Below are positions 26,401 through 36,854 of a stretch of 64,000 nt of DNA, one piece after another. Both the position numbers and the translations under genes were made by a program. The notes under the pieces were generated by a model that did no database searches, was not told the DNA's origin, and was given only the letters and a program-made list of their open reading frames with translations. Origin of the DNA: Macrostomum lignano (lineage: Eukaryota); contig NIVC01000932.1 in the NCBI GenBank assembly GCA_002269645.1, positions 192,534 to 256,533 of the forward strand, read 5' to 3'. Position 1 is the first letter of the stretch; each line of letters begins with the position of its first letter.

Positions 26401-29400
26401 AGGTGTGTTTCAACTAGTTATCATATATAATTTTTCTAGGCATGTGTCTTACAATGTGATATAAGCAGCCTTTATTAGAGACAAGCGGATGAGTGCACCC
26501 TGGCGCACTTTAAGCGACATTGTCACACAACCGGCGAGAGGTATTGCTCCCCTGAGCAGGCACACAAGCGCGCGGATACGTACCCAGTCATACCCACTGG
26601 AACACACTCACACAGGAGTGTACAGCGGCCCTAACTTTATTTATCTTTAGGCATGTACACTTCCCTGTGCCTTGGGGGTTGGTCCTCATGGGCGTTAATT
26701 GCACGAGCAGAGCCAAGCCGAGATTCAAATTTAGCCCCAAATGAATGTGACTGCACTTGGAATCGAGCCTGGGCCGCTGGTATATCAGAGCTAGATCACA
26801 AAGCAACGCCCCCCATAGGATCACTAGGCTTCAAACGGTACTACATTTGGACAGGTAGACTTAACGTACGTCTAGCAAACTTGCCACCAACTAGCTAGTT
26901 CGAACCACGGCGTTGCAGCTGAAAGTCAGCTGTCACTCAACCGGCCTGTTAACAAGGGCAGGACGCGTCCCCGAATGAATATTTTTTGTGCCTTATGCTT
27001 ACCCTGTATGGTTTTGACGATCTTTGCGACGCAAAATTAAATAAATTGCAGCGATATGTACCTGTGCTGGCCAGGACGAACGCTCTGCTCCGAGATTACT
27101 TCTTTGTGTGGACTGGAGTTCACCAGAATCAGATTAAAACACAGGTAAGAAGTCAATAATTGTCTGTGGCTACTTCAGTCATTGTTTTGTAACAAAAAAG
27201 ATTCCTATAGAATGAAACCATTGTTAACTTGAATTGTGCAAGTCTATCATCATGCAAAGTTATATACGTCCTTGAACTATACTCTATGAATATGCTCGCA
27301 ATTGATTTGGGGCACCAGTGCAGCACTTTGATCTCGCCAGTTCCTATTTATGAGTAAGAGAAAATCATATCTCAACATCTGAACCAAATTGCGCCTTCGC
27401 GAGAACCCCGAAGCGCCGCCAGCCCACATGTCGGCGGTGCCCCAGGAGGCCCAGACGGGCGGCTTCACCGCTTTTCCTCCGCTTACGCCGACAACTGCGG
27501 CAGCAAGGGCCGCGGCGGCCAACGCCTCTGTGCTGCCTTCGCCGATATCCACGCCGCAGCCGCCGGGCAAGCAGCAGCAGCAGCTCCGACTGAAAGGCGA
27601 CATACCGCAACACCAGAGGAAGGAGGAGGACCCCAGAGTGGTAAAAAAGCGCGATCTAGATTTCATTCAAGCACAGGTCTAGTAGTCTGTCCTATCTCGC
27701 TTCGTTGTTCAATGCACTCTAAACAAGAACCGTGAAAGCACTGTATACTCATCAGTATTAAGGGTGCAGAGTTGCTGTGTTGTACTTACACTGTATATTT
27801 GTACGTATACAGCTAAACAGCTGCTTCGTTAGTAGCCTATCTTTAATAACTCGTGCTGTAATCAACGGTAAATCTAAATGGTTAATCTACTGATGTATCC
27901 TAATTTAGTGAACGCTCTTAGCCGTTAGCAACAGCAAACTCATTAAATGATTGACTTTATTGGTATATTTTTGTTTATATTTTTAGTTGCTCTACTTTCA
28001 GTAGTATAAAAGCAATATGATTGATGCAAAGATTGCTTTATCATTGCACATTGCGTTTTTGAGCTTCGTATTATACAAAAGCATTATCTATTAATAACCA
28101 TAACATTGCATTCTATTGCATTTTTCTACTCGAATTCTGACTGTAACCATGCATGCTATTAATATCCGTTAAAATCCCACTTTTTATGAAGGCCTCTGCA
28201 TACAGAAACGTGAGTACAATAGCGGGTCGAGTTGAGGCAGGAAAAATGATTGAGATTTCGTCGCTTACTTCATCTGAATGTCGGCTGTTGTTTTGGCAAC
28301 TAGTATTGTGAAGGCAAAATTAGACAAAACTATGTGCATTTCCTAGAACTTTTTGTGATTCAGAAACAGCCATTGAGGCGGTCGATTTTTTTGAGCTCAA
28401 TATTTAACATCGTTCTTAATGGCTAGATTCCAAAAACCTAAAAAAGCTGATTCTTAGATTTCTAAGCGGATTTTTTTTATATTTTGCTTCAAATTTAGTG
28501 GTTTTAAAGAGTCATTTATGTGCTTGAAGCTTTTCTTTTCTTTGGGTAGACTGTATAGCGTTTTCTATTAATATATTTACTTTTCACATGAAAATTCACC
28601 AGCTCTATAGCGCATATGCTGAAGCTCTGTGGACCATCTTCTATTTCAGAAGAACAAGCTGTTCGCATCGGTGGCTCAGGCTGCTTACGACATTCGCAAC
28701 CAAACGGTAAACACCTTGCAATAAGTGCAGATTTTACCAGGTTTACAAGGAACCGACACTGGCCTGTCGCATCCCAAATTTTCCACCAATTTCAAGGTCC
28801 AGTATCAAAGTTTGAAAACTTTTTGTTTGCAAAGTTCAGAGGGGCTTGATACGATACTAAGTGAATTGTGAAGTATTTATGCAGCTTTAAAATGAAACAG
28901 GCATTATCTGAATCGGTTGCAGGAAACGGAAGTTGAACGAACTTGAGTGAGAAGGTGCTCTGAAACGCGCCTATCTGTTGTATAGGCGCAATGAGACTAA
29001 ACATGCAGACAAATTGGGGTGGAGCAGGCCAGTTTCGCTTTCCTGTCGCAGCTGGTTGATTCAAAACTCAGCAAAAACTGAACCGTTCACTACAAAAGGT
29101 GTCCGACGGCCTCGGACACCTCATCGGCGTGGCTGGCCTCGACGTACCTGTCAACCAGTTCGAACGACTTGGCCCAGCTTGGGAGCTGGGTCTGATGGCC
29201 TACATCTTCATGGCTACTAACAATGGTTTTATCTTGTTCCATCCGGAATTCAGGCCGGTCAATGTAAGACTTGTGTAAAGAAAATTTGGAGACTATTTAA
29301 ATTAGAGAGTTGAATTGAACAGACAGTAAGTCGGGCGCAGGTGTAGGGCACAAACGGGTATATCTATCAGACTAGGGGGGTTGAGTGCAGATAATAAAAG

Positions 29401-29953
29401 AAGGGGTGGAGGCGAGATTGAGGAGCCAATCAGAAGGCAGCGAGGGAGAGATATAAGAATAACAAGCTTGAACTAGGCAGAGAGGGAGAGAGATAAGAAT
29501 AACAAGCTTGAACTAGGCAGAGAGGGAGAGAGATAAGAATAACAAGCTTGAACTAGGCAGCGAGGGAGAGAGATAAGAATAACAAGCTTGAACTAGCAGC
29601 GAGGGAGAGAGATAAGAATAACAAGCTTGAACTAGGCAGCGAGGGAGAGAGATAAGAATAACAAGCTTGAACTAGGCAGCGAGGGAGAGAGATAAGAATA
29701 ACAAGCTTGAACTAGGCAGAGAGGGAGAGAGATAAGAATAACAAGCTTGAACTAGGCAGCGAGGGAGAGAGATAAGAATAACAAGCTTGAACTAGGCAGA
29801 GAGGGAGAGAGATAAGAATAACAAGCTTGAACTAGGCAGCGAGGGAGAGAGATAAGAATAACAAGCTTGAACTAGGCAGCGAGGGAGAGAGATAAGAATA
29901 ACAAGCTTGAACTAGGCAGCGAGGGAGAGAGATAAGAATAACAAGCTTGAACT

Positions 29954-30052
<99 letters not shown>

Positions 30053-33000
30053 ACAGAGTAAACAGAGACAAGTGCAGATGAACTAAGAAGTGAATAAGAA
30101 AGTCGCGACAAGACTAACCCGCTTAATTGGGTGCTTAGACCAACTGAAGTTTCTTGCTTTGGTAATTAAAGTTAAGCGCACCCTCTCGATTGGACAGGAA
30201 GCCGGCGAAATGCAAATGTTTTACAACAATCAAGACATCGCTGATGTTGAAGTTCCCGCTGATGGCACGCCAACAAACGGGAGGCCGAGCTATGATCTGA
30301 GCCTGCGCAGCGCAATGATCCAGCGGGTGACAGGATTTGTCGATATGGTCAAGGTCAAGACGTTTGACGATATGGTGCGTTGGTGCGACACTAATTAGCT
30401 AGTTTCTAGGCGGGGGTCTTTGAACGCTGCTGCAAACCAAGGCGGAATCGCTGGCCTACGCTGGTATGCAAACTCAAAAAGGGTGTACGGCGTTCCGTCC
30501 CGTTCACATTGTCAGGCATGTATACTGTCTGTGCCTTGATTCGGCCCTCATTGGGCGTTAATCAGGGTTCAGACTTATGAGCCTCAAATTAATGTGGGCT
30601 CGCACGGAATCGAACCCAGGTAGCCGGGCTCAAGTGGCCCAGATAGACAGACGCGTTACCTATGAGCCACTTTGCTCCCTGTGCGATCTTAACAGATAGG
30701 AACTATTATTTTATAGGAAGCTGTCAATCAAAACTGTGCCTCCTAAACAAATCATCTTAACAGAGTCGCGGTACAAAGCAGAAATTTCGCTATTTTCACG
30801 CGCCGCTCAACTCGACGGCGCCATTCGGAGTGGCAACTGAAACCCGGCCGACGCCGTTTTCACTTGGCCTCGCATTGCCATGGGGCTCAGCCGGTCAGTG
30901 GCCACCAGTAGCGGCCTACCCGACCGCACCCCCGTTTGATTCTTACAGTCTGCACCGGGAAAATCTCGCCAAGCTGTTCTCGAAGCGCCTGATTAACAGC
31001 ACCTGCGATGCCGCGAAGCCGGAATTGTACAAAACTGGCTTGGCCGAGTTTGAGTTCTGCGACTTTTCCAGCGAGCTGCTCGCTGAGTACGGCGTCAATC
31101 CGTTGTGCGCTCTGGGCTCGGTGCTGGAAATGCCGCTGGCCAGGCAGCAAGCAATGGGTTGCTCATTTGAATATCTGAAGCGCGTAATGGTTGACGCATT
31201 GAGTACCCGAGAAGCGTATGAATGGGAGACGAACTGGAATACAATTGTTCCTGCTCAAATCGGTGCCACTCTGCTGTTCCTGTGGACCGGAACTGGCCTG
31301 GCCAGATGGCAGACGCCGCCAACGAATGACGCTCAGTCCGTCATTGATGCCAGCTTCGCAGCAGCTCGGCGCAACGGCTCTCGAGACAGCCTCTATGAAC
31401 GTACAGCGCTTTAGCGTCATCTTCGGACTCCTCGTTAACGGTATTGACTGCGCCATCAGGTGATTCAGTATTCGCCCGCTTCAAGGCCAACACTAGCGTG
31501 CCGATTTACCTGACATCGGCGCTTCGGGTTGAGAGCAGCGTTGTTGGCGTGGTCGGCGCCGAGATCAACTACGACCGCCTGGCTAATTATTTCGTCAACG
31601 CCACGAACTCCTGCGTTAGCGGCGTCGGTGGTGGTGCTTGTGTCACCTGTGCGCAGACTAACGTCCGCTGTTACCTGCTCGATGATAGCGGCGCCGTGGT
31701 CGTGTCCGAGAGTCAGACTGACGTCGGCAAGACTTTTGACATTGTCAATTGTCCTGCAATGCAGCTCATGATCAACAGGAGCTTGTTTGTTACGTAAATA
31801 CGGCTGGGGATTAAGTTTGTGGATAGTTTATAGATTGCTTGAACATTGCCAAGCATTCTGTTTCTGACCCGGGCGATAATAACTGTTCGATGCAGAGCCT
31901 TACTTTTATGAGTCCATTCCGATACCGTAATTTATGTGTATGCATGTCTGAAGTGGCTTATTGATAGCTTTACGCATTGATAATTAACAATTCATAATTT
32001 ATTAACAACTTTACTAATTTCAGCGTGAAGGCGTTCGACTTCCAGGCTGTGTGCCTGAAGAAGACTCCAGTTGACAGTTCGGCATCAACACTTTTCAATG
32101 TAAGTTGCTGCAATTGAGAAGGAAAATTCACTAAACGCTACCTGAGCTTATTGACATTCTCCGACCGCAATGCATTTTCTGCAGCCAATCCGAGCTCTGA
32201 TGCGGCTGGCATCTTGGGCCTTCATTGAAGGATTTCTGTGAGAACACTTGGCTAGATGCTTCGAATGGACTTAATAGTGCCTGTTCTTCAAATTTTTTAC
32301 TACTCATATTGCCATTTTTAGGCTGCTCGCTGACTTGACATCATCGACGCTTCGAGTCATCAAAGCCGGAGCTCAAGGTAAATTGGTTGCAAGCTCTATT
32401 CATCTTTGTACTTTTTTTCAATATTTCACGGTAAACTCCAGATAAAAAGCCGCTTACCCAGCAAAGATAGAATAAAAAATCCTACTAAAAATCTACTTAA
32501 TATAAATAAATGTACGAAGCGCTTGCAAATGCAGCATGGCCAGTAAGCATGACAACAATCAGCCGAAGCCGTCACTGGTCAGAGCGTCGGACTCACGACT
32601 GAAGGGTCGGCGGTTCGATTCTCGACCCTCCTGAAACAATTTATGTCCTTGAGCAAGACACTTAACTCTGCATTGCTTCAGTTCACCCAGCTGTAAAATG
32701 GGTGCCAGCATTAGCTGGGGTAATTGAGGGTGCGTGTGGCGACCCCCCAGTCCTTGGACTGAACAGCCGTACGCAGCCTTCAGATGCGCCGCGCAATAGC
32801 TGCGGCTGAGCTGTCGGTTGCACATCTGCCCATTGGGGGCAGGTGTAGTCAATTATTATTAATATTATTAATATCAGGTCAAGAGGAGTCTATTCTTTAT
32901 CACAATCTCGCACTTTTCGACCGCTAAGGGTTCGTATCCATTGTCTGCGCTATAAATATTTGGGTTTATTGATTGAAACTTTGCCTCCTTTTATTCGCTC

Positions 33001-35743
33001 AATATTGGTTAAGGGAAAATTAGTTTTAAAACATGCTGCTTTTAGTGTGGCGATAGAGTTATTCAGAAATATTCGTCTCTACTGTCGTGTGCCAGAATTC
33101 GGCATGGCATCGTCGCGCAGCACAGCGGAGGACTGCCACCGAGTGGACGCCTCCCGCCCGGACAGCATCCTGAAGGTGTACGAAAGAGTTGACGCCATGA
33201 TAGCCGAAACCGCCGACTTGGTGGCTCCGCATCCGGACGCATCTTTGAAAGTGCAGGAGATTCGACGCCGCCTGATGCAGCCGCTGTGCATCGGCCGGAC
33301 AGCCGACGATCAAGACGAAGAGGAGGCTTGCGAGTACCTGTGCAAGCGGCTGCCGGAGCAGTTCGGCATCGGCCTCGTGTCCGATCTGCTGGCCGGCTGT
33401 CCGAAATTTGATGAAGCCCAGATCGACTGCACCGTTAAGAGAACACTGCTAAGGCGGGAGCCACGGCAGCCTCTACCAACGTCTGCCATGAGACTGCAGT
33501 GCCCGTTGCTCGGACTCTGCGAAGCTTGCCAGCCAGGAGCTAACGGCTCCTCAGAGTTGTAGGCCACAGAGCTTCGTCTGTACCAACAAGCATGCTCAGT
33601 GTTTTAGTCCCCCATCATCCATCTGCACACGGCCTCACTAATACAAGCATGCTCAGTGTTTTAGTCCCCCATCATCCATCTGCACACGGCCTCACTAATA
33701 CAAGCATGCTCAGTGTTTTAGTCCCCCATCATCCATCTGCACACGGCCTCACTAATACAAGCATGCTCAGTGTTTTAGTCCCCCATCATCCATCTGCACA
33801 CAGCCTCACTAATACAAGCATGCTCAGTGTTTTAGTCCCCCATCATCCATCTGCACACGGCCTCACTAATACAAGCATGCTCAGTGTTTTAGTCCCCCAT
33901 CATCCAATCATCCATCTGCACACAGCCTCACTAATACAAGCATGCTCAGTGTTTTAGTCCCCCATCATCCATCTGCACACGGCCTCACTAATACAAGCAT
34001 GCTCAGTGTTTTAGTCCCCCATCATCCATCTGCACACGGCCTCACTAATACAAGCATGCTCAGTGTTTTAGTCCCCCATCATCCATCTGCACACAGCCTC
34101 ACTAATACAAGCATGCTCAGTGTTTTAGTCCCCCATCATCCATCTGCACACAGCCTCACTAATACAAGCATGCTCAGTGTTTTAGTCCCCCATCATCCAT
34201 CTGCACACGGCCTCACTAATACAAGCATGCTCAGTGTTTTAGTCCCCCATCATCCATCTGCACACGGCCTCACTAATACAAGCATGCTCAGTGTTTTAGT
34301 CCCCCATCATCCATCTGCACACAGCCTCACTAATACAAGCATGCTCAGTGTTTTAGTCCCCCATCATCCATCTGCACACGGCCTCACTAATACAAGCATG
34401 CTCAGTGTTTTAGTCCCCCATCATCCATCTGCACACAGCCTCACTAATACAAGCATGCTCAGTGTTTTAGTCCCCCATCATCCATCTGCACACAGCCTCA
34501 CTAATACATGCATGCTCAGTGTTTTAGTCCCCCATCATCCATCTGCACACAGCCTCACTAATACAAGCATGCTCAGTGTTTTAGTCCCCCATCATCCAAT
34601 CATCCATCTGCACACAGCCTCACTAATACAAGCATGCTCAGTGTTTTAGTCCCCCATCATCCATCTGCACACGGCCTCACTAATACAAGCATGCTCAGTG
34701 TTTTAGTCCCCCATCATCCATCTGCACACAGCCTCACTAATACAAGAATGCTCAGTGTTTTAGTCCCCCATCATCCATCTGCACACGGCCTCACTAATAC
34801 AAGCATGCTCAGTGTTTTAGTCCCCCATCATCCATCTGCACACAGCCTCACTAATACATGCATGCTCAGTGTTTTAGTCCCCCATCATCCATCTGCACAC
34901 AGCCTCACTAATACAAGCATGCTCAGTGTTTTAGTCCCTCATCATCCATCTGCACACGGCCTCACTAATACAAGCATGCTCAGTGTTTTAGTCCCCCATC
35001 ATCCATCTGCACACGGCCTCACTAATACAAGCATGCTCAGTGTTTTAGTCCCCCATCATCCATCTGCACACGGCCTCACTAATACAAGCATGCTCAGTGT
35101 TTTAGTCCCCTATCATCCATCTGCACACGGCCTCACTAATACAAGCATGCTCAGTGTTTTAGTCCCCTATCATCCATCTGCACACAGCCTCACTAATACA
35201 AGCATAGTAATACAAGTATCTCTCGATTAAGATGTGCGTAGGTCACAAAAACTTTCTCAAAAGCAAGCTCAATCCTCATCTTTTAGCAACGTGTACGTGA
35301 GGCAGGTGAGCGGAACTAATCTGATGTTTGTCGCTGTCACCGGAGATCCGAACTGCGACTGCACCGGCTGTCCGCTGGCCGTCATCACGGAGAAACTGAG
35401 CGGCACCCGCAACATCAGCGTGCAGCAGCGCTTCAGGGAGCGACCGCCGTGGAGTCGACCTAATGTTGTGCTCATAGTGAGTATTGTCAGTCGGACTCAT
35501 TTTTTTCAGAGTAGATCTTTTGAACAGCTTTGATTCCATTGGACCAGCGATTCTCAGTCATATTAGGTGCACGAGTGAAATAATGACAGCATGAACTGAA
35601 TCTACCTGTCCAATTTCCTCCAGGACAATTCGACTGTCTGCAGCAAAACTGCGGTGCCTTCGCTGACCATCCTGCAGTCCCTGCGGTGGCTCTTGTCGTT
35701 TCTAGTTCTGCTAAACTTGTTAGTTTTTAGTTCGGATTTCTAA
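22409..35743 (+). CDS. CACNA2D: Voltage-gated calcium channel alpha2delta subunit (spliced, complete; one apparent 1-nt deletion near 31408)
   Basis: Exons: 22409-22506, 22665-22743, 23973-24092, 24308-24364, 24460-24709, 24812-25025, 25124-25274, 25403-25480, 25650-25880, 26268-26402, 27052-27144, 27341-27353 and 27423-27676 (uncertain), 28650-28706, 29099-29263, 30198-30374, 30764-31793, 32024-32099, 32185-32237, 32322-32377, 33096-33558, 35287-35476, 35624-35743; phases match. Signal peptide MDSTVTVVLFALICLS, IDQWVEKISKDL, WQYFGTTEG, VWA MIDAS DNSGS, Cache motifs TNNGFILFHP and TPFSLGLALP, FDFQAVC, TNLMFVAV, hydrophobic GPI-signal-like C-terminus; AATAAA at 36032 and 36089. Confidence 0.92.
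23441..23492. repeat. (CT)n microsatellite in alpha2delta intron 2
   Basis: Pure dinucleotide run. Confidence 0.97.
26490..26960 (-). mobile_element. tRNA-derived SINE-like element
   Basis: Minus-strand B box GGTTCGAACT (26906-26897) with tRNA-like head; central segment shared with 30515-30561 and 45585-45638. Confidence 0.6.
29437..30049. repeat. 40-bp minisatellite grading into (GA)n, alpha2delta intron
   Basis: Unit gcagcgagggagagagataagaataacaagcttgaactag, about 13 copies, then (GA)n from ~29958. Confidence 0.95.
30410..30680 (-). mobile_element. tRNA-derived SINE-like element
   Basis: Minus-strand A box TGGCTCATAGG (30669-30659) and B box GGTTCGATTCC (30616-30606); central segment shared with the 26.5-kb copy. 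Confidence 0.65.
32562..32872 (+). mobile_element. tRNA-derived SINE with CORE-like domain
   Basis: A box tggtcagagcg, B box ggttcgattc (32612-32621), then gtccttgagcaagacacttaac...cagctgtaaaatggg resembling the MIR/CORE domain; (ATT)n-like tail at 32851-32872. Confidence 0.75.
33583..35205. repeat. 57-bp minisatellite (~28 copies) in alpha2delta intron
   Basis: Unit acaagcatgctcagtgttttagtcccccatcatccatctgcacacggcctcactaat; source of the 19-aa-periodic ORFs. Confidence 0.97.
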
Positions 35744-36297
35744 TAATCTACCGAGCGAACAGTATTGAACTTTTAAACTTTGTACACATAGCTGCTGCTG
35801 CATGTTTTGTTCGAAAATCTGGTTAAATTTTAATACATCGAATCGAATTTAAGCGTCTTCATCAATTAGCCAGACCAGTTCAAGCTTCTATATAAAACAG
35901 TTTATTAATAATTTATTAGAAAGTGTTCCTCACCGCCTGCTTAACTCTCTCTCTCTCTCTGCTGCTATTGTTCACTTTGCCAATTGCCTGTTGTATGTGC
36001 CGATTTGCTTCCATTGTTCCAAATAACTTATAATAAACAGTGAATACGCGCACTTAAAATGCATTAATCTTTCTTACATTCATTTCCGAATAAAAGCCAT
36101 TACCTGAATAATGAATTTGAAAGACCTCAGAGATAAACCATATAAAGATAGACCTCAAGGACTACGTAGGCTTACTGATGGTTAAGGGCGTCTCATTACG
36201 ACTTCGGACTGCAGGTCATCGACCTTGCAGATGCTCGAGAACGTGGCAAACGTCGAAATAAAAGAGGTACACGAGCTGCTGGCAACCAGCTCCCCAA

Positions 36298-36363
36298 CCC
36301 CAAGTCTAACCCTAACCCAAACCCTAACCCAAACCCTAACCCAAACCCTAACCCAAACCCTAA
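36298..36363. repeat. Interstitial telomere-like repeat (CCCTAA/CCCAAA)
   Basis: ctaaccctaacccaaaccctaacccaaaccctaa. Confidence 0.8.
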
Positions 36364-36854
36364 TTAAATTTATTCCCGTTTATATTTACAATTTACAGAA
36401 CACTTACGCTAATTTCTTGCAAAATTTGTTTTGATTCCTTGCAATAATAAGCAAATTGGGAATCTCAATAACGTCAACTAAAGTGGAGTAAAGTCAACTA
36501 AATGACTGAAACACAATAACATCTTTCTGTTTATTTTAAATTCTCGAACTCCTACTCTCTCGTTTATCAGTCCGTTAAAACTCAAATAGGATATTTAGGT
36601 ATTATTTTACTGGAGTGCTCAAAAATATTTGAAAAGTATAGAGACAGAGAGGCGTGATTAATATTAACCAATTTCTTGTGCAAAATCTTTCTGCTATTAC
36701 ACTACGTCTAAAGATCAATCCAATTATAAAGATTCAAGCCCGCCTTTTGGTGCTACGTAAGCGAACTTTCTAAGAAAAATTCGGTCCCAAATAGTTTGAA
36801 GCGTCTTCGTCGCAAAAACAACAAGCGTTGAGTCTTCAAGAGCTCCCCAAATGT

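Noticed and set aside
26895-32630. tRNA genes at the A/B-box sites (26.9, 30.6, 32.6 kb)
   Set aside because: No complete cloverleaf or Pol III terminator after the B box; they continue into SINE bodies.
32878-32929. 52-nt phase-compatible candidate exon in alpha2delta
   Set aside because: Contains an in-frame TAA and a weak donor; direct splice 32377-33096 already keeps the frame.
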